Assembly: GCF_018977255.1 (NCBI RefSeq)
Contig: NW_024704743.1
Span: 96,722,001 to 96,786,000, forward strand
Length of the DNA: 64,000 bases
Source: Callorhinchus milii
Lineage: Eukaryota
Direction of reading: 5' to 3'
Below the pieces are notes generated by a model. It searched no databases, was not told the origin of the DNA, and saw only the letters and a program-made list of their open reading frames with translations. Made by a program: the position numbers and the translations under genes. Of this stretch, positions 51,774-64,000 are shown in pieces. Each line of letters begins with the position of its first letter. Within the stretch, counting starts at the first letter, position 1.

Positions 51774-53814
51774 TTTTAACAGAACCACATTAGGTCAAAA
51801 TGTCTCAAAGGGCATTGCAGTAATTACTGCCAAGTGTAGTGACTTTTTTATACACAAAAGTGGCATCCATTTTGCACATTACCAATAACAGCCAGGAAGT
51901 AAAAGACCAATTCTATATATCCAGTTGTTGGCCGGGACACTGGGAAAATCTCACATTTTTTTTGAATAGTATCATGGAATCTTTGTATCCAACCGAACAG
52001 GCAGATGGGCCTCAGTTTAACCTATATTCAGAAGGATAGCACCTCTTACAATGCGACACTCATAGCCGGCAGATGATTAAAACTAGAGGATAGATTAAGA
52101 CTGTCAAAGATTACTGCCTTTTGAACATTACATTGAATAAAGTATCTTACTATGTCAAAATGTCTTCAAGTGCTCACTTTGATTTCTGTTATATAATAAT
52201 AACCTTTGTATTTGATATAGCACCTTATCATGTCTTCGAGATGTCTCAAAGCGCTACACAGAATATACTGTAAAGTGAATTGACTGTATAAGCAAACCCT
52301 GAGGTTAACTGTATCAGTCATTGTCTCAGAAAAAGCAATAACTAATTCATCTCTTCTTCAAAATGGTGCCATAGAAATACTTACTATCCATCTTGGTTTA
52401 ACATCTTTCAGAATTACAGCATCTCCGAAAATGAAGCGCTCCCCCAATTCTGCACCTGAGTGTCAGATGAGATTATACAAGATCATGAATCCTGCTGCAA
52501 GGCTTGATCCCACAACCTTCTGACCCAGAGGCGACAGAGCTACCAACTGACCCAAAATGACACACTCGCGCTTCATGCATTCACAATCAACAAGAAAATC
52601 TATGGGACAAAACCGTTTGTTACAACCCAAAGTATAAAATATTTTGTTCTAGATCTTGCATAATGTTTCTGGTCTATCACAAACCAAACTGATTTTATAA
52701 GAATCCCACATGTGGTAGTTTTTTAAAAAAATATTTAAAGAATAACCTTCAAGCTCACTGTTCTACAATAACAATGAGCTGTTCTTTATTATGTAAAGCA
52801 ATGGACATTAAGGATAATTGGATCTAACATTGACAATTTCTAAAAGCCGAGGGAATGCCACTTTGATGCAATATACTTTTGGCGCAGAATTCTTCCCATT
52901 GGCATGATATGCTTGGCATATATCTGATTACTGGAAGAAGTTTCCAGTCATATTCCCATTTAAGAAATCCTGGATATTAGACCTCAATGGCACATAGTAG
53001 TGCATGATTGATGTCAATTGATTATCAAGCAACACTAATCCGTTGCTTCAAATGAAACCACTACTCTGACGAGCTGCTTTTTTTCTTCTTTAAAATCTGA
53101 TAATAGTTGTCTCCGTACCTCACACAAAATCCTACAGGCAAACATGTCATGTTCACCACAGTTTGATTAAGAACAGATACACGCCACTGTCCATAAATGG
53201 TAAACACTTAAGCCGTTCAACCCAGCTGAGCTGTAGTAAATGGAAAGAGATGGTCATCTGGCTTATGAATCACTTAATTGGCATGTCAGTAGATAAGCAT
53301 TTTATTGACAGAAGCTGAATAAAGGCAAAGAAATTTTGCACTGGAATAAGTTTGCTGTTTTCACAACACCTGGCAATGTATTCTTAATAATATTAATAAT
53401 AATCTTTGACTTTGATACAGTGCCTTTTCACATTATCGAGATGCCTCAAAGCATTTCACAGGACATACTGTAAAGTGGATTGACTGTATATTTTGTGGGC
53501 AAAATGCAGCAGCCAATATGTGCAAAGCAATGTCTGACAAACAGCCATAAAGTAAGTGGCCAATGCTATTTGGGAGGATTGCTGGGCAGGACACCGGGAG
53601 AACCTCCCTTATCTTTTCGAATAGCACCATGAATAGAATCTGCTTTTTTACTCCTTTGCTACGTTTGAAATGAGAAACAAGCCTCGAGGAACCCCTTGCT
53701 TTACAATTAGCAGATGTCAGAGGAGAGGTTGATGACTTGTCAAGGTACAAATGGTGACATTGGTTTGTTTTGCTGCAGTATCAGCATGAGTGCAACCAAC
53801 ACAAAAGGTAATGT

Positions 53815-54662
53815 GTTGACTTTCTACAGTTAAAGTCAGCAAGCCTGAGGCCCTCCTGATTGGCTCCCACCAGCGTCTCCGCACCTCAGGCACTGGCAGC
53901 GTCAGCATCCACGGATGCACACTCCACCTCACCAAGCCAGTCAGGAACCTAAGCACCTTGTTCGACCCTCAACTGTCCTTTCTCCCCCACATCCATGCCA
54001 TGACCAACTCCACTTTCCCCCACCTCCACAACATTGCCCGACTCCGCCACTGCCTCACCCCTCAGGCCAACGAAACCCTCATACTTGGCTCCATTACAAT
54101 CATGCCCTACTTGTCGGCCTTCCCAACTCTTCCTCCACAAGCTGCAGATCATCCCAAACTGTGCAGCTTGTGCCTTCTGCCACACCAGGTTCCATAACCC
54201 CATTACACCCACCCTCGCCCGGCTCCACTGGCCCCATCCCTTAGAGGAGCGAGTTCAAAATTCTCGCCTCACCTTCAAGGCCCTCCATGGCTTTACCCCC
54301 TCTCCGATCCTGTCCGACCCGCTAACCCCTTATCAACCTGTCCACTCTCTCTGCTCAAGAGATTCCAACTTGCTCCATGTCCCCGGCTGGCCCGACCCAG
54401 CATCGGCAGTTGGGCATCCAGCCTCTCTGCCCCGACCCCGACAACCCCTTCGCCTGACTCCCTCCCTTGCCTCCTTCAAAGCACATCTCAAGACCCTCCT
54501 CTTTGACTGTGCCTTCGACCACTCTCCTACCCTCACTGCCCTCCACCCTCCCTAATCCCAACCCCACCCCACGCCCCACTCGGGTCCTAATCCCTGACTG
54601 TTCAGTGCCTTGGGACGTCCTCCCGATGTGAAAGGCGCTTTACAAATGTAATTTTGTATTGT
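53815..54662 (+). mobile_element. L2 3' fragment
   Basis: VRNLS.LFDPQLSFLPHI, HLHNIARLRHCL, TLARLHWP; stem-loop tail. Confidence 0.9.
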
Positions 54663-55074
54663 AATGCATGTGTGCAAATTTCTAAGTTAACTCGGCCTTC
54701 TGGGAATACTCCTTCCAGCAGCATACTAGCAATGTGTCTGCAACTACTTGTAAGTTAAAATTCATTTCCTTTGTTTGCACCAAAGTTGCAAACTGTCCAA
54801 GTTTGCATTTGTCGTACCTCCCACTGCAAAGTATTTTTGGAGGCTTTCATTTAAAATTTAGTGTTTATACCACTTCACAAGTTGCAGGAAATTACTTGGT
54901 GTAAATGAGTACTTCAAACCACCAGAAGTCTTTAAAAATTGCAATACATGGTCTGTCTTCGGAAATTGTACCAAAGTCCTTTAATTTTGTGTTTAATTTT
55001 GTGGGGCATGTTACAGAAAGAATGCTTTAGGATTATCTGTTGGTGAGCCAGTTAGCCAAATCCAACTTTTTTTT

Positions 55075-55605
55075 ACAGCAGAAGTTAAAAAGAGTTGAGG
55101 TTAGTATTTTTTCCACACAAAAGTTTATTAGAACGTGGAATTCTTTGCTACAAGTGGCTATTTAAAAGGGAATTAGAGAAGAATTTGAAGAGGAACGTGG
55201 TAAGGTTTAGGGAGAGATGAGGGAATTGAGATGGAGTAGATATGTAAGGTGAATGAGCTAGCTCTATCTCAAGGCTCAAATGACTGAATGGCCTCTCTCT
55301 CTGTTGTAAGTTCTATAACTCTATAAGTCAAGCACATCAGAGAGAGCATACTGAATACATTGAGTTGCTTTCATGCACACATACTTTTCTGTTCACTGTT
55401 TCACTCACAGGGTTGTGAGATTGTGGTTGAATCAGTTAGTATAGATGCCTTCAAGAGGTAATTGGACCTTCACATGAGGGAGAGGAGAATAGAAGAGTAT
55501 GGGAGGAAGTAAGGAATGGGTGAAGACTTATGTGGAGTATAAACACCAGCATGGACAGGTTGGGCTGAGAGGCCTATTTCCATGCTACAGATTCTTTGTA
55601 ATCTC
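55075..55605 (+). mobile_element. Two decayed CR1 3' ends
   Basis: ttttccacacaaaagtt...gtggaattc...tggcctctctctctgttgtaagttctat; tttcactcacagggttgtgag...gggctgagaggcctatttcc. Confidence 0.7.
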
Positions 55606-55789
55606 TCTTGCTAAAATATATACATAGCAATGAAACAGGATATTTGACCTAACTAGTCTGTAACTGTATTTATGTGCACCTCCAGCTATTCTAATCCTCT
55701 CTCACTTGCATCCCCCCCATAGCCCTCTTATCCCTTCTATCTGAACTCCTCAACCTCCCTGGACTCACCGAACCAATGCGCAAAATCAA

Positions 55790-56526
55790 GGCATCCGGTT
55801 CGAGCCCCAGCTATCCTTCCTCCCACCACATTCAGTCCCTGACCAGGACTTACGCCACTGCCACATTGCCCGTCTCCAACCGTAGCTTACCCCAAATGCA
55901 GCCGTAACCCTCGTGCATGTGTTTGTCACCTCCAGCTTGGATTACTCCAACACACTCCTCGCTCCCCAAATCCACTATTCAAAAAATCCTGCGCATTCAG
56001 AACTCTGCCACCCGCAAACTAACCCGGACCAAACTCTGTATCTATATCTCACCAGTTCTGGCCAGGCTCCGCTGGCTCCCCATCACCAAACGGATTGACT
56101 TCAAGATCCTCACACTTGTGTTCAAATCCATTCACTGCCTGGCACCTCCCTAGCTCTCTGATCTCCTCACACCCCAATCCACCACCTGGCGCCTCCGCTT
56201 AACTGGCTCCGGCCTCCTGCTTGTACCTCACACCCTCCACTCCACCATCGGAGGTCGTGCTTTCAGCCACTACCCCATCCCTACGCCAAAGCTCTGCAAC
56301 ACACTCCCTCAATTCCTCTGCCTTGCCCCCTCTCTCCCCTTTTTCAAGCTTAGGGATACCTCCCCTCACCCCCCCCCACCCCCCCAGCTCGAGTCAGGCT
56401 TGTGTGGAGTATAAACACCAGCATGGACTGGTTGGGCTGAGAGGTACTGGTTGGCAGTGTTAAGCACTCTGAGACGCTACCCTGAGTGGAGGGCGCTATA
56501 TAACTGCAAGTTGTTGTTGTTGTTGT
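55790..56526 (+). mobile_element. L2 3' fragment
   Basis: VHVFVTSSLDYSN, IQNSATR, LARLRWLPITKRIDFKILTLVFK; (TTG)n tail. Confidence 0.88.
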
Positions 56527-56574
56527 ATATACTGCACACTGCATATGTGTCATTCAAGCCTTTCGATCTGATCA

Positions 56575-56920
56575 CAACACAAACAACAACAACAAATTAC
56601 ACTTGTTTAGCGTCCTTCAAGTTGGAAAGACATACCAGGGCGCTGGACGATCAGAAGTTTTTGACCTGAGTTGGAAGTTGTGGTCAGAAGGGAAGGAGAG
56701 TGGGGGGTTGGGGGTGTTAGGGTGGCCAAAGGCATGGTTGAAGAGGAAGGTCTTCAGCTGGGACTTGAAGGAGGCAAGAGAGGGGTTGAGGTGGAGGGAT
56801 TACGGGATAGAGTTCCAGAGTGTGGGGCAGAAATGCTGAATGTCCAACCGCCAATGGTGGGGCGGGAAGTGCGGGGGACCTGAAGCAGGCTGGTGTCCGC
56901 CGAGCAGAGGGAGCGGACAA
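56575..56920 (-). mobile_element. L2 3' end
   Basis: RSLCSADTSLLQVPRTSRPTIGG on minus strand; (CAA)n. Confidence 0.85.
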
Positions 56921-57914
56921 GCTGATATGGACAAAGAACAAAAGAGTTTTTAAAACTATAATGTATAAATATATTAAAAAGTAACCTTGTATTTTCCATC
57001 TAATTGTCATATGAATGTGAATACATTCAACCAATCTAATATATTAGATTAATATTAATATATTAATATAAATATTATTGGATAATATCTTGTGAAGTGC
57101 TTTGAGATGTATCAGAAATGTGAACATATATTAAATAATATATTCAATGCAAACATTATTGTTATATTTATTCTCTTGGATAAACATACCAGCAAAAGGG
57201 GAATTAGAAACTGCTTTATGCTAAATATCTCTTTGCTGAATTATCCTGACAATGGAAAATCACCACTGCATACTGTGAAAACAGACCTTATCATTTTACT
57301 TCAGTCAAAGTGATTATTTTCCACAGCTTTTTAAATTTCCAGTTCGGCCTTTGACACTTAGTACAAATATTGAGTAGCCAATCTGCTCGCGTCAGTTTGG
57401 AGCACTCTGGCCTCTAATTAGAGGGTTGTGGGTTTGACCAGGACTTGAGTTTGGAATCTAGGAATAACATATACCAGTGTCACATATGCATTTGTCCAGT
57501 TACTGAGCCAGACAGGTGGCAGTACTCCAGGGCACTGCTAATAACAGCACTGCCAGCCTAGCTCATCGGCAGGACTTGGAGAACCAAACCTGTCACTATG
57601 ATAATGGGTAACATTGTCTTTGATGGATAAGTAGCAGGAAAGCTTGCCAGACAGTGCTTTTAATGGCAAGCTGTGTGGTTTTAGCTGATTAAACTCCAGC
57701 AATACGCCAACATACACACTGGGGTCCCCAAGCCTTGGCCCTTATCAACTTAATACCCTAATACTCTGTGGATTTAGGTAAGCAGAATTTATCCCTCCAA
57801 GGAGAGGATACGTATTCCATTCCAGACACAGAAATTTCTTTATGTAGATTGCAGCATAGAAAGGTCAGTTTAGTTTGTATGCTCTTCAGTATGGTGATAG
57901 GTTTCCACATTTGT

Positions 57915-58220
57915 CAGACATTAGGCTGACAAAAAAAATATAACAGTGCAGCGTTGAGGAAGTGTTCATTGTTGCAGGTGACGTTCTTCAGATGAGATGT
58001 TAAACAAAGGACTATGCTTGTTCCAATGGACATTGAAGATGCCAGGGCATTATTTGAACCCTGGGGAGTTTTACTGGTGTCCTGACCAATATTCCTGCCT
58101 CCAAATACAGATTTAATTTTATTGCTTTCTCTGAAATATTGCTGGCACGCATTAGCTGGTACATTGGCCCTCACTATTAACAGCCTCATTCTGTGAAGCA
58201 TTTTGAGATGTTTTGATGGG
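57915..58220 (+). mobile_element. Older DeuSINE body
   Basis: ttcagatgagatgttaaac...ggtgtcctgaccaatatt. Confidence 0.65.
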
Positions 58221-58254
58221 TTAAAGCAGGAAAAAAACAACCTTCTTTATATTA

Positions 58255-58760
58255 TCTTATAATAATAATCCTTGCATTTGACATAGCGAATTGTCACGTC
58301 TTTGATAAAATTGAAAATTCTCAAAGCACTTCTTACAATACAACTGAAACCTATATAAAGTATTTCATGTCGGGAGAGTGTTCTAAAGTGCTTAACAATT
58401 CTGGCTATGCCCTGGAGCTGTGGGTTGGAGCTAAGGGTGGTGATACTGCCATAGGCAAATGTGATAGCCATTGCACCAGCATAATCCCACAAAATAACGT
58501 GAGCGATGAATTAACCTGGAGGTTTGTTGTCTGGGACCCTGGGAGAAAATCTTTTTTTGAGTAGTTTTATGGGATTTTAAAAGTTCACCAGAAGAACTGA
58601 CAGACAGGAGTTCAATTTAACATCCATTTGGAGGTCAGCATCTCAGACAATATCAGCGATCCTCCAATACATCACTGACATGCCAGCCTAGACATGGGGC
58701 TTCAGCTCACAGCTAACTGACCCAGAAGTGCGAATGCTACCACCTGAACCAAGCTGACAC
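58255..58760 (-). mobile_element. Decayed DeuSINE (composite)
   Basis: SINE tail at 58255, body tttaacatcc, head ctgacccagaag...ctgaacc. Confidence 0.55.
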
Positions 58761-59309
58761 AAAGCACAAATCAAATGCAAGTGCATTTGTTTGGTGCATT
58801 TTAATGTATATAAACAAGTGTGTATATATGTTGCTCAATGATGCTTGTAGTTTCTATTTGAATAAAACCTAAAATGAGAGAAAAGCTTGTAGTTGAGTAA
58901 CAAAGGAAAGATGAAATTATATCTATTCTTTATTTCCAGGTCCTCTTTTCATTTCCCTTTCACACTGGCCTTTATTTCTAGAAACCCATGTTTCTCTCTC
59001 ACCTGACACTGTGACCTTGATTTCCAGCTGCTCTGTGTGTCTCCATTCCCAAACCTCTTGTTACCTCCTTCATTATGGGCCTTCTGGCTCACTCGGTGTC
59101 TCTTGGTACATTCCTGCCACAAATAATTGTACATTAATTGGAGCATAGGAACAGCAAAGTGTGCAGCTGAATAGCTCTAGGTTCTGCTGTATGGGTCACA
59201 CAAAATCATAAAGTCATATTGAATCATTGCTTTATTTAGACAATGCAAAACCAGATCTGAAAGGGAAACTTACACACCAAGGAACGTTAAGACATGTGTG
59301 TACCCTATG

Positions 59310-59610
59310 CTCAGAAGAACGCTCAATGCTGCACCAGTGTGAATGTTCCATTTCTCACATCCCAAGGAGGTTAGCAATCCTTGGCACCCAAGCTGGGGGT
59401 GGGAGACGAGGCAGGTGAGAAGGGAAAAGCTGACAGAAAGCATGGTCAGACAGGAAGGTCTTGAGATGGTCATTGAATGAGATGCAGAAGGGAGCGAGTT
59501 GGAGGAAATCCAGCATGGAGTTCCAGAGAGTGAGAACAGATAGGCTGAAAGTCCGACCACCAATGGTGGAGCAGCTAGGATGGGGAAAAGAAGCAAGCTG
59601 GTGACTGGTA
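59310..59610 (-). mobile_element. Decayed L2 3' end
   Basis: ggaaggtcttgag...gagttccagagag...gctgaaagtccgaccaccaatggtggag. Confidence 0.7.
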
Positions 59611-60229
59611 AGCGATTACCATTCTTTACAGAGGCATTGTTAGGGATAATCAATCACACAATATGAAACAATAATGATGCAAAAGTATGAAAATCAGAAA
59701 AGTACTTTTGCATAAGCTGGTTATAATACTGAGTTCTGCTATGACAACGTATTGAATGAGATGCTTGATTGAGGAACTGACTTTTGCAATGTTGCATATA
59801 CACAACAGCAACGTACAGTTATAAGCGCTTTTCACATAGGAGAATGTCTCAAAGTACTCTGCAGAGACAGAGTGGGAGCTTGACAAGGATAGGAGCTCGA
59901 CTGGTAAATGGGAGCGGCCAAAAGAGCAGTCAAAGATATGTGTAGAGGTGTTAGAAAGTAAAGAATGAGGGAACTAAGTGAAAGAATTTAAGGAGGAAGT
60001 TTCAGACAGCCTCAATTCAATTTTTACACAGTGATCATTTTTACTGTTGATAATTATTACTTTCAGACCAGAGTTTAGAGTTCTGGTTGACGTGACTATA
60101 TTGGTTACCGGAAGGAGTCCCCAGTTTTCTGATTGGTACAAAGCCTCCTTTGGTATTGATTAGAAGGCATTCAGGAAACAAATTTAGCAAATTTGCACTG
60201 GCAGAGTAAAGGGGAAGATTAGAAAAAAA

Positions 60230-60452
60230 ATTCCACAAGTAAGATGATAGAATGCTTTGCCACATGCAGCCATTGGGGTGAAGATCATAAGAATGTTTAA
60301 AACATAGTTGAATAAATATTTGAAAAGGAAGAATATAAAAGGATGTGGAGAAAAGAAGGAGAATTGGGAGTAATTCACACCAGTGAATGATCTTGCCTTA
60401 GGTGAAGGGTGGAATTGCCTCCTCCTGTGCTGTAATGTTTATGATTCTATGT
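60230..60452 (+). mobile_element. CR1 3' end
   Basis: gaatgctttgccac...cctcctgtgctgtaatgtttatgattctatg. Confidence 0.75.
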
Positions 60453-62655
60453 GGAGATGTGGACTCCAGCTAGTGTGGACACACAAGAAAACAAAAAGCA
60501 CATTTAGATTTTAAGGTTAACACAAATAAGAAGTACAGTAAAGTAAAAACCTTCAGGGTACAGAAGAAATAATATTGTCTAATTCATTTGAAGTAAGTGA
60601 TTTTCAAAAAAAATGTTGTTTAATAATTTGTAAGAATTTAAAGCAATAAAATGTTAAGATTATATACATTTTAAAATTGTGAAACCATGGGCACTTCTAT
60701 CTGGTTGAGAACATTGTATTTCACCCACTTTGAGTTTATCTATTGGGATGAGTTAGAGTTTAAACTAATTTTACCTTCTTGCAGAAGCTTTTCCAATCAT
60801 CATTACTGACTGGTTAGTTTCAATGAGATTACCAATATCAAACTGAATGCTTTCAACTGCAAACCCTTATTTAGAAGAAAAAGTGATTCAACAACACCAT
60901 GGTTAAGCCTTCTCAACAGTTAACTTTGTTATTTCCCAACTGAAGATAGCACACTGTTTGTCAGCCTGTTGTTCAGTTTTGTCTATCTCTACCTGCGATC
61001 ATTTGGCTGTTGCTTGTCTTTCAGATTAAGACTCGATCACTCAGCAGGTGGTGGTGTCATCGATAAAAACATCAACATGATAAGTGTTACCATTGCTTCT
61101 CACAGAAAGCAACATGGTGAGGACTGAGACCAGGAGATGCAGCATCCAGTTCCAGTTTTGTTGCCATAGACAACTTTCTTTACAAGAATATGAATAATTC
61201 AATAATTTCCCAATAGATTTTGTAGGTTGTTCAAAATTTATGTGATTCATTTAACAAATTCCAGTTCACACAACTTACCTGCATCTTATGCTCAATTCAA
61301 AATTATTGTGGGGAAAACCTTCAACCAGTGCAAATAAACAACGACAACAATAATAATCTGCATTTATACGGTGCCTTCAAAATAGGGACTTGGAGCGCTT
61401 AATAAATAAAATAACAAATAAAAATCCATGGAGTCCACTTAACTGGAGGCCACCTTGAATTGTGCAGTATAGCCTGCAGCAGGTTGGGACTTTGAACTAA
61501 CATTTACTAAACCGATTACTCTCTTCTTGTTACACTTTGGATATTTATGAGTCAAGAAAAATATATAATTATTGCTCATATAATTTCAGTTTATTTACAT
61601 ACTGGCCATCTCAACTTTCTCCCATAGAGATTTGCTTGAGTGTAGCCTATCCCTGCTTCTTCTCTACAATTAAGGTTAAATAATCACCGTTTGAAGGACA
61701 TGTCTGTGAGTAGATGTCAGCCTAGCTCAGTTGGCAGCACTCTCGGAGTCAGAATGTTTTAATTTGATGTGAGGGTTCAAGCCCCCAAATCAGGACTTCA
61801 AATTCACAGTCTAGGCTACTGCTACATTGTCAGAGCTGGAGACCTTCTGATCACAGCAACAGCATTACATTTGTATAGCACCTTTCACGTTGGGAGGACG
61901 TGCCAAGGTGCTGGACAATCAGTGTCTGGTCAGCGTTTCTAAAATTGTGATTACCTTTATCATCTCCATTTCCTCGTGTTCTCTCTCTCCCCAGCGAAAC
62001 ACATGCATAATGTGGCTATATCGAAATGCAGAGTGAGAGAACACAAGTCGTTCCAATGGGTTGGTCCCCCATCTCATGGGCCCTGGTATAACTGTACTAT
62101 TTGCACCATTGTAGTTTGCTACTGAATTGAGAGTGGGGGGTGGGGGGGAGGCAAAGAGAAATTCCACCTGGAACTAGACATGGAGTTTTTCCAGAGTATT
62201 TGAGATCTACAGAAAATTGGCTTCAAAATTAAGGCAGAATTTGTGAATTGTTCAAAATTTGCATGTTCTGAAATGCAAATAAAAAAAGCTGCTCCAGTTG
62301 GTGGCAAACTGAACCCATTCAATAACACAGAATGACTATCAGGTATGATTAAAATCAGCATTTCGTTCAGTTGGAGTTATCGGGCTTGCTCATGTTAACC
62401 GACAGCCATGAATAATCAGGTTGCAAACTATAGTACTATACTTGGTGAAACTGAATGTCCTTCATATCATTTCCCCTCATGTATTCCCCTAAGGGCCTCA
62501 ACATATATAAATACTAAGCTAAAGGCTAAGTGGCAGAAGATGACAAGACATCAAGAAACATTTTTCTCCATTATGTTAGTATTGCTAACAGAAACATTGC
62601 ACTGCTAAGTCTTCTGAAGGGTTCCCATAAGAAGAGGTCAACGTACTGTGAAATC

Positions 62656-62860
62656 AAACTGCAAAATGCTGAAATCTGCAACAGGTCGATCAGCATCTGA
62701 AAGGTAAGTTATTGTTTTCAGGGGACCTTCCATCAGTTCAGATACATTAAGAGACATGTATATAATGCTAGCCTCTTTCCTTTCCAGATGTCATTTGGTC
62801 TGGTGTGAATATCCAGCCATTTCTGGTTTTATTTCACGTTTCCAGTGTCTGCAGTTGTTC
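62656..62860. mobile_element. Fold-back pair of Penelope-like terminal repeats
   Basis: Left arm resembles 12785-12912 and right arm its reverse complement; aactgcaaaatgctgaaa / tttccagtgtctgcagtt. Confidence 0.5.
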
Positions 62861-62964
62861 TTTCTATGTTTAGTTTACCGATGGGAACATTATTATCTGT
62901 GATTCATACTTCCCTTTAACAATTCTTCCCATTCTTCTGTCAAAATGAATGGGTAAAATATTAA

Positions 62965-63320
62965 ATAATAATCCTTGCTTTTGATATAGCACCTAAAATG
63001 CTGAACCCTCTCAAAATGCTTCATATTTGTTGTAAAGTGTAGTAACTGTAAGTGTAACCTGTAAGGGTAGCCAAATGGCACACAAAGCAATATCCCCAAA
63101 CAGCCAGGATGTAAATGATCAATTTCATCTGAAAAATTGTTGGCCAGGACACAAGAAGAGACTTTCTTCTCTTTTCCAATAGGGATCCACCTGAACAAAT
63201 AGCCAGGACCTCAGTTTAATGTTTAGTTCAAAGATGACACCCCTGATAATGCAGCTCTCCTCAGCACCATACTACCATGTAAACCCCAGAATGTGAGCTC
63301 AAAATCCTGACGTGGAGATT
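62965..63320 (-). mobile_element. Older DeuSINE
   Basis: Tail ataatccttgc, body gttggccaggacac...ccacctgaac...cctcagtttaa. Confidence 0.65.
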
Positions 63321-63908
63321 TGTGAGGTTATGGAGCCTGGGATTTATTAATTGAAATAGCTTGGAAGGTTGAGCCAAGAAGGTCTGGTAAGAATTGATTT
63401 TAGTTTTGCTATGTTAGTTAAGTTAGTTAGTTAAAGGAAGGTGTTTTGTTAGAGTTAGTCTACAATTTTTTAAAACCAAATTTGTTGTGCTAATTCCTAC
63501 GTTCATTTCAAAAGCCACCAGCTGGGTAATATTGGTAAAATGACTAAGGGTTTACAAGAGAAGTTCAGATAAAGAAAGCCATTTTGCTCTGCACCAGCCT
63601 ATTTTCATATTTTTNCAGCTTTTTGAAATCCCATCCAGCTCTTTTGGCAATATCGCAAATTAGACAGCTTTTGACATTCGCAAATGAAAATTGCAATTAG
63701 CACATCAAATCCAGATTGCTAATATCACAGATTAGACTGCAAAGTTGAAACCATGTGGCAGTAAAATACCTCAATATGCAGAAGGAGGTTTTGAACAATT
63801 TAGTTCATGTTCAAAGTTGTGCTTTAAAATTACAGAACACCTGAATGCTTTTCTATACTAATTTATATCTGTAATGATATAATTATAATTTTGCAAAACA
63901 CAGCACAA

Positions 63909-63922
63909 GCGCCATCTGGTGC
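63909..63922 (-). promoter_or_regulatory. Candidate CTCF core motif
   Basis: Minus strand GCACCAGATGGCGC versus consensus CCASYAGRKGGCRS (one mismatch), in unique sequence. Confidence 0.45.
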
Positions 63923-64000
63923 ATATGCATATGAGAGGAGGGGAGAGAAAATGACTTTTATGACCATTTTGTGACTATTCTGTGACAATTATTCAAGTTA

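Noticed and set aside
57033..57080. AT palindromes
   Set aside because: Low-complexity AT sequence, expected by chance or slippage.
59003..59113. Minus-strand exon with cag|gtgaga donor
   Set aside because: Weak acceptor, unrecognised peptide, no partner exons.
61091..61145. Ig/TCR V leader exon
   Set aside because: No V-domain exon or recombination signal downstream on that strand.

Overview
Vertebrate genomic DNA, AT-rich and repeat-dense, with no recognisable host protein-coding exon; it reads as intergenic DNA or a large intron. The repeats point to a cartilaginous fish, most likely a holocephalan such as Callorhinchus milii (inferred from recalled repeat families, not from a search). 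Main content: many copies of a ~320-bp tRNA-Ala-derived DeuSINE-type SINE with an (ATT)n tail, older DeuSINEs, many 5'-truncated L2 3' ends with (TTG)n tails, CR1 fragments (one ~2.85 kb with a nested L2 and a 5-bp TSD), a Tx1/L1-clade LINE with a 5' inversion, a 665-bp solo LTR with a 4-bp TSD, Penelope-like relics with a decayed hammerhead motif in fold-back arrangement, DNA-transposon relics, and a 25-N gap flanked by an exact duplication. Nearly all listed ORFs are repeat-derived or spurious. I found no evidence of a new multi-gene system. The most interesting signals are RNA-structural and retrotransposition-mechanistic: the twin-priming-like Tx1, a 134-bp G-U-biased hairpin, a covarying SINE/L2 3' stem-loop, and hammerhead-bearing fold-backs. 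Boundaries of decayed repeats are approximate.
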